From a virus (taxonomy: Duplodnaviria > Caudoviricetes): a stretch of DNA of 36,867 bases. Each line of letters opens with the position of its first letter. Within the stretch, counting starts at the first letter, position 1. The notes under the pieces were generated by a model. The model saw only the letters and a program-made list of their open reading frames with translations. It was not told the DNA's origin and did no database searches. The stretch spans positions 1-36,867 of the IMG/VR virus record IMGVR_UViG_3300042453_000758, one strand, 5' to 3'. Shown here in pieces: positions 27,023 to 34,638 of the stretch. The translations under genes and the position numbers were made by a program.

Positions 27023-27486
27023 ACATCGCACTGATTGACGGCACTTCCGTCACCAAGGTGGGCGATTACCGCTCCATCTTCCCTCAAACATCCTTTGGTC
27101 CCAACGGTCCATCTGATGAGTTCCTAGCCGAGAACAACGCCAAGCGTGTCAATGTCTTTCTGCCCTATGACGCCAGCGCTCAAAAGCTGGTGGCCTGCGA
27201 TCCGTACATTGACGGTGAATGGGTCTACACCGTAGAGGTCGAACCACTGACTCCTGAGGACCAGCAAGCTCGTCTCGACAGCCAATGGGCAAACGTTCGC
27301 GCTGATCGCAACAGCCGTCTTGCTGCCTGCGATTGGACGCAACTGCCTGATGCACCTGGCGACAAGGCGGCTTGGGCGACCTACCGGCAGGAACTGCGTG
27401 ATGTGACCAGCCAAGCGGATCCGTTTGCGATTGTTTGGCCGGTGGCTCCTGATGCTGCTCCTGTTTCTGCTGATCCTGCAAACTAA
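27019..27486 (+). CDS. Phage tail assembly chaperone-like protein
   Basis: W..VRADRNSRLAACDWTQLPDAP...WATYRQELRD...WP motif. Confidence 0.88.
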   Translation: MNIALIDGTSVTKVGDYRSIFPQTSFGPNGPSDEFLAENNAKRVNVFLPYDASAQKLVACDPYIDGEWVYTVEVEPLTPEDQQARLDSQWANVRADRNSRLAACDWTQLPDAPGDKAAWATYRQELRDVTSQADPFAIVWPVAPDAAPVSADPAN

Positions 27487-27518
27487 ATTAGTATTAAACC
27501 AACACGAGCATTTAACCA

Positions 27519-27845
27519 ATGGTTCCCACTATTACTACTGCAACAGCTTTGACTTCAGCTGGAGTTACTAGCAATGTTCCTACTGTTGGTGCTGAAGATT
27601 TTGTTATCCAAGTTCTTGTTGCAAACATTGGCACAAACGTTGTAATTCGCATTGAAGCCACATTGGATGAAACCAATTGGTTTAATTGTGATTACGACGG
27701 GGATACAACTATTACGGCAAACGGTACGACAGCTTTTAATATCCCCAACGCTCCGCTGAGTGCCATTCGTGGTCGTCTTGTCAGTATTTCTGGCGGTACT
27801 CCTAGTGTGACTTTTTCGTTCTCTCGTCTTGGGGCTGGGAGTTAG
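27519..27845 (+). CDS. Hypothetical beta-rich protein, possibly virion-associated
   Basis: 108-aa T/G/S-rich ORF with IEATLD..NW and IRGRL motifs. Confidence 0.7.
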   Translation: MVPTITTATALTSAGVTSNVPTVGAEDFVIQVLVANIGTNVVIRIEATLDETNWFNCDYDGDTTITANGTTAFNIPNAPLSAIRGRLVSISGGTPSVTFSFSRLGAGS

Positions 27846-28065
27846 TAAAAGCTGGGTGAGACATTTCGATGTACCATCCAGGTTCACCAAAAACGCCATT
27901 TTCCTTAAATTCTACTTGCGGCTGGGGGTCTAACTTTTCAGCCGCTTTGTGGTATTTAGATATTTCACTATTTAAATTTGCTTCTGTTTTAGCTTCTTGC
28001 CAAAGCTGTAGGAGCAAATCTAAAAAGTGTTTAATAAGCTGGTTAAAGAACTCTTTTAATCCCAT
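27802..28065 (-). CDS. Putative minus-strand hypothetical protein (87 aa)
   Basis: Covers an otherwise unexplained 218-bp gap; protein-like composition; GGAG 9 nt upstream on the minus strand. Confidence 0.55.
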   Translation of the reverse strand: MGLKEFFNQLIKHFLDLLLQLWQEAKTEANLNSEISKYHKAAEKLDPQPQVEFKENGVFGEPGWYIEMSHPAFTNSQPQDERTKKSH

Positions 28066-28210
28066 GCCGTTCAGCTCCGAAAAGCAAATGCGTTATATGT
28101 ACGCTAAGCATCCTGAGATCGCTAAGCGGTGGTCTAAGGAAGCCAAAGCGGCAGGCAAGTCACAGATTCAAAAAGGAGGCAAAATGAATAAAGGTTATAA
28201 AACCAAGTAA
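28064..28210 (+). CDS. Small basic protein (MPFSSEKQMRYMYAKHPEIAKRW...)
   Basis: The MPF.S.KQ.R.M.A..PEIAKRW pattern recalls a recurrent phage mini-protein; the upstream extension in the ORF track looks non-coding. Confidence 0.75.
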   Translation: MPFSSEKQMRYMYAKHPEIAKRWSKEAKAAGKSQIQKGGKMNKGYKTK

Positions 28211-28214
28211 ACCC

Positions 28215-28700
28215 ATGCCAATCAAACGCGGCGGTCAGTCTCGCAGCAACGCGGGTCGTTATGCTCCTGAGGGTCAAGGAGCTACTCAACGTGGTCGCAA
28301 TCTTCCCACTCCTAGTGGCAACCAACGGCCTATGCAAACGGCGAGGCTGCCACGAGCTCAAATGCCTGGCACTGTTACGTCTAGTGGAGCTGCTCGGACT
28401 GCCTCATTACTGGCTCAAGGTTCTACTGGTGCCTTGTCTCGTCTTGCTATTCCTCTTGCCATTGCTGCTGAGGTAATGCGGGCTCAACCTGCTGGACGAG
28501 GCTCTGAGCTGAGCGAGCGTCAAAAGAAGGAGTATTACGACGAAGCAAAAGCGAAGCGTCAAATGGACCTCCGTAATCAGCAGATGCAAGCTGACAAGGG
28601 TTCGTTTGACGATGCGTTTGCCGCTGCTCGTAAAGCTGGTCGTCAAGACTTTTCTTGGAGAGGTCGTAAATACAACACTAAGATTCGCGGAGAAGGCTGA
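28215..28700 (+). CDS. Basic hypothetical protein with C-terminal SFDDAFAAARK...F.W.G.KY.T motif
   Basis: 161-aa ORF; the motif is recurrent in phage late proteins. Confidence 0.75.
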   Translation: MPIKRGGQSRSNAGRYAPEGQGATQRGRNLPTPSGNQRPMQTARLPRAQMPGTVTSSGAARTASLLAQGSTGALSRLAIPLAIAAEVMRAQPAGRGSELSERQKKEYYDEAKAKRQMDLRNQQMQADKGSFDDAFAAARKAGRQDFSWRGRKYNTKIRGEG

Positions 28701-28795
28701 TGGCTAAAGGTCCCTGCTGGAAAGGCTACGAAATGGTTGGTACCAAAAAGAAAGGTGCCAAGACTGTTCCTAACTGTGTACCCAAAGGTAAATAG
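28700..28795 (+). CDS. 31-aa PCWKGY...VPNCVP mini-protein (not in ORF track)
   Basis: TGATG coupling; MAKGPCWKGYEMVGTKKKGAKTVPNCVPKGK. Confidence 0.75.
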   Translation: MAKGPCWKGYEMVGTKKKGAKTVPNCVPKGK

Positions 28796-28797
28796 TT

Positions 28798-28974
28798 ATG
28801 CCTTCTTTTGAAATCAAACGAGAATCTGGTGGCAGTAAACCAGGTCCTCAGCTCCCAAAAATTCAAGAAACCAAACCTCTTCCCAAGGGTCATCCGTACC
28901 GCCCTGGTTCGATTGACGTTGAAGCTGTTCGTCTTGCTTACAAGATGAAGAAAGGCTTTGGTGGTATGGCCTAA
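28798..28974 (+). CDS. 58-aa hypothetical protein (not in ORF track)
   Basis: MPSFEIKRESGGSKPGPQLPKIQETKPLPKGHPYRPGSIDVEAVRLAYKMKKGFGGMA; fills the gap and is TAATG-coupled to the next gene. Confidence 0.7.
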   Translation: MPSFEIKRESGGSKPGPQLPKIQETKPLPKGHPYRPGSIDVEAVRLAYKMKKGFGGMA

Positions 28975-29222
28975 TGGATCCTTCTTTCATCCTGTCTTTG
29001 TTTTTAGGTGCTGCCTCAGTTGGAGGTGGTGTCTTTGCTTGGTCGCACAAACGTCACATGGAACTAGATCGTCGTATTGACCAAGTGGAGATGACGGTTC
29101 ACAAAGAGTTTGTTAGAAAGGACGAGCTGATGCCAATGATGGACCGGATCGACAAGCAGATCCAACACATCGACGAAAAACTCGACCGGATTTTACTCAA
29201 TGGCCGACATCTCACTCCGTGA
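28974..29222 (+). CDS. Single-TM plus coiled-coil protein, possible lysis accessory or holin
   Basis: Hydrophobic N-terminus followed by a heptad region; directly before the endolysin. Confidence 0.65.
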   Translation: MDPSFILSLFLGAASVGGGVFAWSHKRHMELDRRIDQVEMTVHKEFVRKDELMPMMDRIDKQIQHIDEKLDRILLNGRHLTP

Positions 29223-30300
29223 CGTAGCTAAGTATTACAACAATCAAGAACATCAAAACTTTGCTTTGGATTTCCTTCAGGAGAATCTTGCTCCTGGGAT
29301 CCTGGCAAAGTTTTCTGATTTGTGGCGATCAGGACCAAAGAATCAAATCCCCAGTAACGGTTCGTGGGACGGTGTAGTAGAACTTGCTCGTGAAGCTGGA
29401 GCAAAGTTTCCAGAACTAGTAGCTGCTCAGTGGGCTCTTGAAAGTAACTGGGGCCGTAATACATCTGGCACTCATAATTACTTTGGTTTAAAAGGTAAAG
29501 GTACAACTACTACAACAACGGAGTATGTAAATGGAGTACCTATTTCTATTCGGGACGGGTTTCTTAATTTTGGCTCTCTCAAGGAGTGTGTTGAATATCT
29601 TGTTACCCGTTGGTACAAAGATTACAAACAATACAGCGGTATCAATAACGCAAAAACGACGTTAGAAGCAGCTCAGCAACTAACAAAACAAGGGTACGCA
29701 ACAGATCCTGCCTACGCAACAAAGCTGATAACCATTGTTCAACGACAACAGCCGAAGCAGGAGGTCCAGCAAACGGGAAAGTTGCTCAAGGTACCTTACG
29801 AGTACCAACTAGACAATGGACCTACTGGGTATCGGGAGTGTTTTAGTTCTAGCTGCGCCATGGTGGCTAGCTATTACGGCAAGATCAAAGGTGACGATGC
29901 GTATAACAAGCTCAGAGCACGCTTTGGGGACTCTACGAGCGTTGATGCTCAGCTAAGGGCTCTTCGGTACCTTGGACTAGAACCCAAATTCATCCAGAAC
30001 GGCACCCCAGAGCTCCTCAGAGACGAGATAGACGCTGGTAGGCCTGTAGTAGTCGGATGGCTCCACAAGGGCCCTGTAGGGGCTCCTAGCGGCTCTGGAC
30101 ACTACAGTGTGGTCATTGGCTACACAGAAGGTGCTTGGATACATCACGACCCTAATGGTGAGGCCGATATGGTCCGTGGAGGATATATCAACCACACGAA
30201 GGGTAAAGGCGTGGCTTATAGCCAAAAGAACTGGAATAAAAGGTGGCTTGTTGAAGGTCCTGGGTCGGGTTGGGCTATTTTGATCAAGAAACCGTCCTAA
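29200..30300 (+). CDS. Endolysin: GH73 glucosaminidase-like domain plus C39-like peptidase domain
   Basis: AQWALESNWG...NYFGLKG...GYATDPAY (GH73); YQLDN...CFSSSCAM...GHYSVVIGY...HDP.G (C39-like). Confidence 0.9.
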   Translation: MADISLRDVAKYYNNQEHQNFALDFLQENLAPGILAKFSDLWRSGPKNQIPSNGSWDGVVELAREAGAKFPELVAAQWALESNWGRNTSGTHNYFGLKGKGTTTTTTEYVNGVPISIRDGFLNFGSLKECVEYLVTRWYKDYKQYSGINNAKTTLEAAQQLTKQGYATDPAYATKLITIVQRQQPKQEVQQTGKLLKVPYEYQLDNGPTGYRECFSSSCAMVASYYGKIKGDDAYNKLRARFGDSTSVDAQLRALRYLGLEPKFIQNGTPELLRDEIDAGRPVVVGWLHKGPVGAPSGSGHYSVVIGYTEGAWIHHDPNGEADMVRGGYINHTKGKGVAYSQKNWNKRWLVEGPGSGWAILIKKPS

Positions 30301-30308
30301 TTATTCCT

Positions 30309-30473
30309 ATGGACTTCTCTGATCCTTCAGTGCAAGCAGCTCTTTGGTTAAGTGCTTTTGCTGCTTCTGAAATTATTGGTGTTTCTAAATTGAAAGAAAA
30401 CAGCCTCGTACAATTGGGGTTGAAACTGTTCCGAGTTATCTATGGCAGCCGCTCCAAAAAAGTCTCTAAATAA
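30309..30473 (+). CDS. Small membrane protein, putative holin
   Basis: MDFSDPSVQAALWLSAFAASEIIGVSKLKENSLVQL..., two hydrophobic/amphipathic segments and a basic tail; follows the endolysin. Confidence 0.6.
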   Translation: MDFSDPSVQAALWLSAFAASEIIGVSKLKENSLVQLGLKLFRVIYGSRSKKVSK

Positions 30474-30714
30474 GACTGAGGGTCTGGCTTCAGAGGACGA
30501 TCTGTTTAGTCTTCACCGTCTGGTGGCTACCAAACTGATTGATCAACTGAACCGTGATGACGTTAAAGCGTCTGACCTTGCTAACGCTATTAAGTTCCTG
30601 AAAGACCAAGGTATTACTGCTCTTAACGGCGGTGATGTTTCTGCTATTTCTGAGATGATTTCTGCACTGCCAGAGGTCGATCTGAAGAAAGTTCGGTCTT
30701 ATATTAGTGCTTAG
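30442..30714 (+). CDS. Terminase small subunit (gp18-like)
   Basis: ASEDDL..LH.LVA...ASDLANAIKFLKDQGIT pattern; upstream of TerL. Confidence 0.8.
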   Translation: MAAAPKKSLNKTEGLASEDDLFSLHRLVATKLIDQLNRDDVKASDLANAIKFLKDQGITALNGGDVSAISEMISALPEVDLKKVRSYISA

Positions 30715-30740
30715 GAATTAACCCTTCCTATATGTACAAA

Positions 30741-30786
30741 GCAGAGCCCTCGGTATGGTGATTCGTTCGCCATCCGGGGGCTTTGT
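30741..30786 (+). promoter_or_regulatory. Long stem-loop, candidate RNase III site
   Basis: CAGAGCCCTCGG-T-ATGGTGA / TCGCCAT-CCGGGGGCTTTG: about 19 bp with G-U pairs, one bulge and a 5-nt loop. Confidence 0.6.
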
Positions 30787-30808
30787 CTATTTGACACCAG
30801 AGGCTGCT

Positions 30809-31129
30809 ATGGCGAATCTTCAAGCCCTCCAGCGTCGTGAAGCGGTAAAGCAATGGAGACAATCAATTAAAGAAGCTTTTGGTTGTAAATGTGCCTACTG
30901 CGGTGTCAAAAGCGAACAGCTAACCCTTGATCACATTCATCCAAAAACCAAAGGTGGTGAGGATTTAGCCACCAACATTGTTCCAGCTTGTCAGCGTTGT
31001 AACCACGAGAAAGGTAGTTCTCACTGGAAAATGTGGTTTCAAAGCCGTCCTGACTATTGTGAGAAGCGCGAAGAGGTTATCAACCAATGGATGAGCTACC
31101 ACCTATGCCCAGTTTCGATCTCTCCATAG
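30809..31129 (+). CDS. HNH endonuclease
   Basis: CAYCG...LTLDHIHPKTKGG...NIVPACQRCNHEKG; ATG 30809 has GAGG upstream, whereas ATG 30755 lies inside the hairpin. Confidence 0.92.
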   Translation: MANLQALQRREAVKQWRQSIKEAFGCKCAYCGVKSEQLTLDHIHPKTKGGEDLATNIVPACQRCNHEKGSSHWKMWFQSRPDYCEKREEVINQWMSYHLCPVSISP

Positions 31130-31302
31130 AGCAGCAGCTAAGGCTGGAGAGAGTTAGGCGGGATATTCCAAACGCTTCTAGGGAGGACTTGGAAAAGATG
31201 TTGTTTGAGTTCATGAAAATGAACGTTGTCCTGCAGAATAACTTGAGCCAAGTTTTCAAGTGGGCAAGTAAATCCAATGCCAAGAGCCAGCAGCCAGACT
31301 GA
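31087..31302 (+). CDS. nblA: NblA-like phycobilisome degradation adaptor (putative)
   Basis: LSIEQQLRL...ASREDLEKML..FMKMNVVLQNNLSQVFK follows the NblA LS.EQ.F....MS.EQ...L......N helix-loop-helix pattern; size fits. Confidence 0.65.
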   Translation: MDELPPMPSFDLSIEQQLRLERVRRDIPNASREDLEKMLFEFMKMNVVLQNNLSQVFKWASKSNAKSQQPD

Positions 31303-33034
31303 AAAGATTATTCAAGAAGCAGCAGCTTCGTTTCCTGTCTTTGCTACCTACCTCTGGGACTACCTAAAACTTCCTAGCCCTACTCCGGTTCAGTATCAAG
31401 TTGCTGATTACCTGCAGACCGGTCCTAACCGCCGGATCATCATGGCGTACAGGGGTTGCGGTAAAAGCTTCCTGACGGCTGGCTATGTGCTGTGGAGGCT
31501 ACGTCGGGATCCAAACTGTAAGGTGCTGGTGATCTCTGCAGCTCAGGACCGTGCAGATGCGTTCTCCGTCTTTTGTCATGACCTGCTCCGAAACTGGTTT
31601 ATGGTCAAAGACCTGTTCCCTAGCGACACCCAACGGTTTAGCAAAGTTGCTTTTGACGTTTACGGCGCGAAACCAGACCAGTCTCCTTCAGTACGTTCCA
31701 GCGGTATTTTTGGTCAGATTACTGGCTCCCGTGCTGATCTCATCGTTGCTGATGACGTGGAGACACCCCAGTCCTGTGAAACCCAACTGATTCGGGACAA
31801 GCTTCGGGAATCAATCAAAGAGTTTGACTCCGTTATTAAGCCTGGTGGGGAGATCGTGTTCCTTGGAACTCCTCACACCCAAGACAGCGTTTACGCAAAG
31901 CTTGAAGTTTCTGGTTACGAAGTCAGAATCTGGCCTGCCCTGTACCCCACTAACAAGAAGTTCAAGGACTACTACGGCGACCGTCTGGCACCAAAGATCA
32001 AAGCAGATCTAGAAGCCGATAAAGACCTTGCAGGGCACCCTGTAGATCCTGGACGTTTTGATTGGGAAGAACTGGAAGCTAGACAGCTCTCTATTGGCCG
32101 TAGCACGTTCAACCTCCAGTTCCTCCTTGACATCAGCTTGAGCGATGAGGAACGGTTTCCTCTCAAGCTCAGAGACCTCTGTGTGTTTCGCCTGAACCGC
32201 GAACAAGGTCCTAACAAGGTCATCTGGCTGGCTAATGGCGATAAAGCCCTTGATTTGCCTTCAGTGGGCCTTCATGGTGATCTTTTCTACAAACCGGCTC
32301 AGATAGGGGATGAGTTTCTTGAATACACCGGGGTTGTCATGGCTGTTGACCCCTCTGGACGCGGCACTGACGAGCTTGGCTACTCGGTAGTTGCATACCT
32401 GAACGGCAACCTTTTCCTTCTCGCTAGCGGTGGCCTTCGGGGTGGCTACAGCGAACCGAACCTCAAGAAGCTTGCCCTCATCGCTAAGGAGTACAAGGTC
32501 AAGCAAATAATTGTTGAAAGCAACCTCGGCCTCGGGATGTTCTCTGAGCTTCTCAAGCGCTACCTCGGCACGATTTACCCCTGCAGCGTTGAAGAGGTCC
32601 GACACACAAAGCAAAAGGAACTCCGCATCATCGACACCCTTGAGCCTGTCCTTAACCAACACCGGCTCATGGTCGACACGAACGTAATCCTTCAAGACCT
32701 CGCCTCCACGGAAAGCTACCCAAGCGAAACTAGAAGCCAATACCAACTGTTCTTTCAGCTCACTCGGATTACCAAAGAGAAAAACAGCCTCAGACATGAC
32801 GACAGACTCGATGCTCTGGCTATGGCCGTTCAGTACTTTACGGAGTCCATGGCTCAAACAGAACAGAAAGCTATGCAGGCTCGTGAATCGGCACAGTGGG
32901 AGCTAGAGCGTCGGTTCATCCAAGGAGAAGGTGGTTTGAAGATCGATGCCCTTGGATACGCCACAAGCTTTGAAGACCTTGAAAAGGCCCTTACAGCGTC
33001 CTCAGGTGGCGCTAATTGGCTCAGTGAGCTTTAA
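31277..33034 (+). CDS. Terminase large subunit (gp19-like)
   Basis: AYRGCGKS Walker A, ITGSRADLIVADDVE Walker B, LGTPHT, VDPSGRG.DE and HDDRLDAL motifs. Confidence 0.97.
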   Translation: MPRASSQTEKIIQEAAASFPVFATYLWDYLKLPSPTPVQYQVADYLQTGPNRRIIMAYRGCGKSFLTAGYVLWRLRRDPNCKVLVISAAQDRADAFSVFCHDLLRNWFMVKDLFPSDTQRFSKVAFDVYGAKPDQSPSVRSSGIFGQITGSRADLIVADDVETPQSCETQLIRDKLRESIKEFDSVIKPGGEIVFLGTPHTQDSVYAKLEVSGYEVRIWPALYPTNKKFKDYYGDRLAPKIKADLEADKDLAGHPVDPGRFDWEELEARQLSIGRSTFNLQFLLDISLSDEERFPLKLRDLCVFRLNREQGPNKVIWLANGDKALDLPSVGLHGDLFYKPAQIGDEFLEYTGVVMAVDPSGRGTDELGYSVVAYLNGNLFLLASGGLRGGYSEPNLKKLALIAKEYKVKQIIVESNLGLGMFSELLKRYLGTIYPCSVEEVRHTKQKELRIIDTLEPVLNQHRLMVDTNVILQDLASTESYPSETRSQYQLFFQLTRITKEKNSLRHDDRLDALAMAVQYFTESMAQTEQKAMQARESAQWELERRFIQGEGGLKIDALGYATSFEDLEKALTASSGGANWLSEL

Positions 33035-33052
33035 CGCGTAGCGTTTGTACCG

Positions 33053-33144
33053 TAGGAGCCTCTAAAAGGCCTTAGAAAGCCCTTTGGCTACCCTGACACC
33101 TAAAACGTCTTAGAGGGGCCTTACAGGGGCTTCTAGGGGCCTCT
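33053..33144. repeat. ~11-bp periodic GC-patch element, copy A
   Basis: TAGGAGCCTCT/AAAAGGCCTTA/GAAAGCCCTTT...TAGAGGGGCCT/TACAGGGGCTT/CTAGGGGCCTC. Confidence 0.6.
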
Positions 33145-33253
33145 GAGCGTGCATACGGTAAACAGCCATCTTTAAGACAGACCCCTGTGGGCTTTACGCT
33201 CGTAGAAAGGAGGGGTCTTGACAGCCGTGATTAGAGTGTATTTAAAAGTAATT

Positions 33254-33291
33254 AAAGAGGCTCTCTAAGTGGGTACTTAGAGAGTCTTTTT
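33254..33291. terminator. Long hairpin; bidirectional terminator-like or end-processing palindrome
   Basis: CTCTCTAAGT-GGGT-ACTTAGAGAG perfect 10-bp core, extended by AAAGAGG/TCTTTTT. Confidence 0.6.
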
Positions 33292-33365
33292 TAAAGGGTC
33301 TTTTATCGTAGTAAAGGTAAATAACGTTTGTTATAGGTAATTACCCTGTTTTAAAGGGTCTTTTA
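33289..33365 (+). repeat. 17-bp direct repeat, 60 bp apart
   Basis: TTTTAAAGGGTCTTTTA at 33289-33305 and 33349-33365. Confidence 0.85.
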
Positions 33366-33374
33366 CTGTCTTCC

Positions 33375-33470
33375 TTCTAAGACCTTCTTAAGACACTTAT
33401 TAAAGAGGTCTTTAGAGGTACCACTTAGAGGCCTCTTAGAGCTACCTTTAAGTGCCTCTTTAAGTACTAA
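33375..33470. repeat. Array of short imperfect TTAAG/TTAGAG repeats (T7 SRL/SRR-like)
   Basis: ctaagac, ttaagac, ttaaagag, ttagagg, ttagagg, ttagagc, ttaagtg, ttaagta in succession. Confidence 0.6.
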
Positions 33471-33475
33471 TTAAA

Positions 33476-34114
33476 ATGCCTAGTGTCTCTTTGGTTACTG
33501 TGACACCAGATGCAGAGGAACTCCTGGTGTATATGGCAAGAGTTAGTAACCCAGCTAACCAACTCAAAGGCAAAGGATCAGAACGGCTTATCCAATACCT
33601 GATTGACCACAAGCATTGGTCTCCTTTTGAGATGGTCCACATGGTGCTGGAAATCAACACCACTAGGTCTATTGCTGCTCAAATCCTTAGGCATAGGTCT
33701 TTCTCGTTCCAAGAGTTCTCTCAGCGGTATGCAGATACAGAACTGATTGGTTACGCCAAACCTCCTCACCTCAGACGACAAGACAACAGCAATAGGCAGA
33801 ACAGTATTGATGATTTAACTGCTGATAAAACTCAGATCTTTTACCGAAGGATTAATCAGCATTTTGAAGAGGCTCAAGACTTGTACCGAGAGATGGTCTC
33901 AGTAGGGGTAGCTAAAGAGTGTGCTCGTGATGTCCTACCCCTAGCCACTCCAACCAGGATGTATATGGCTGGTACAGCTCGGAGTTGGATTCATTACATT
34001 GATTTACGGTCTCAAAATGGGACTCAGATGGAACATATGAATATTGCTAACGAGGCTAAACAGATCTTTTGCAAAGAGTTTCCTACTATTGGTAAAGCAT
34101 TGAACTGGGTCTAA
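33476..34114 (+). CDS. thyX: Flavin-dependent thymidylate synthase
   Basis: HWSPFEM, QILRHRSFSFQEFSQRY (RHRx7S), AKECARDVLP and R..NGTQMEH motifs. Confidence 0.97.
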   Translation: MPSVSLVTVTPDAEELLVYMARVSNPANQLKGKGSERLIQYLIDHKHWSPFEMVHMVLEINTTRSIAAQILRHRSFSFQEFSQRYADTELIGYAKPPHLRRQDNSNRQNSIDDLTADKTQIFYRRINQHFEEAQDLYREMVSVGVAKECARDVLPLATPTRMYMAGTARSWIHYIDLRSQNGTQMEHMNIANEAKQIFCKEFPTIGKALNWV

Positions 34115-34116
34115 CT

Positions 34117-34338
34117 GTGGCTGAGCGTAACTACCGAAAGGAATACGACAACTACCACTCAAAGCCCGAACAACGGGAAAACAGGTCTAGTCGTAACAAA
34201 GCTCGTCGCAAGATGGCTAAACACGGTTACAAACTGAACGGAAAGGACGTAGATCACAAAGACGGTAACCCTCGTAATAACAGCCGCTCTAACCTTCGGA
34301 TACAGAGTCCGAGTGCTAATAGGTCTCGGAATAAGTAG
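34117..34338 (+). CDS. Small HNH-motif protein
   Basis: RNYRKEY...KDVDHKDGNPRNNSRSNLRI.S.SANRS; GTG start. Confidence 0.85.
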   Translation: MAERNYRKEYDNYHSKPEQRENRSSRNKARRKMAKHGYKLNGKDVDHKDGNPRNNSRSNLRIQSPSANRSRNK

Positions 34339-34380
34339 AGGGGTGTTGTAGGGGCTTCTGGAGGGGTTTGAAGAGGTTTT

Positions 34381-34411
34381 AGAGGGTCTTAAGGGGCCCT
34401 CTTTTTTTTTT
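34381..34411 (+). terminator. Intrinsic terminator ending the late region
   Basis: AGAGGGTC-TTAAGG-GGCCCTCT followed by a long T run. Confidence 0.8.
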
Positions 34412-34504
34412 ATTGGTACTCAAAAGGTTTTGCTTCGGATTTTTGAGCCCTAGTTAGCGATCTGCCCCGCCGCCAGCCCCCCCTCCAGGGCCTTTAATGC
34501 CGCC

Positions 34505-34529
34505 TTATTGCTAATGGGTCGCAATAGCA
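34505..34529. promoter_or_regulatory. Fur-box-like operator, copy 1
   Basis: TTATTGCTAATGGGTCGCAATAGCA, 22/25 identical to 36328-36352. Confidence 0.5.
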
Positions 34530-34638
34530 CCTGAGGGTCTCGGGGGTCCTAAGGCGGACTGAGTATGAGTTAGGAGCTATGCGGTTATGCGTCAAGGCGC
34601 ATATACACACGCGCTCATGGCCACATCGAACTAGGCCC

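Noticed and set aside
27869-28063. Plus-strand N-terminal extension of the MPFSSEKQ protein
   Set aside because: Composition looks like an antisense read-out (S/C/F/L-rich); the recognisable motif begins at ATG 28064.
32261-32857. 198-aa minus-strand ORF and similar alternate-frame ORFs within core genes
   Set aside because: Fully nested in well-supported genes such as terL, with no motifs; expected shadow ORFs.
33035-33475. CRISPR array or tRNA in the non-coding repeats
   Set aside because: Repeats are short and degenerate with no regular unique spacers; no cloverleaf or T-loop motif was seen.
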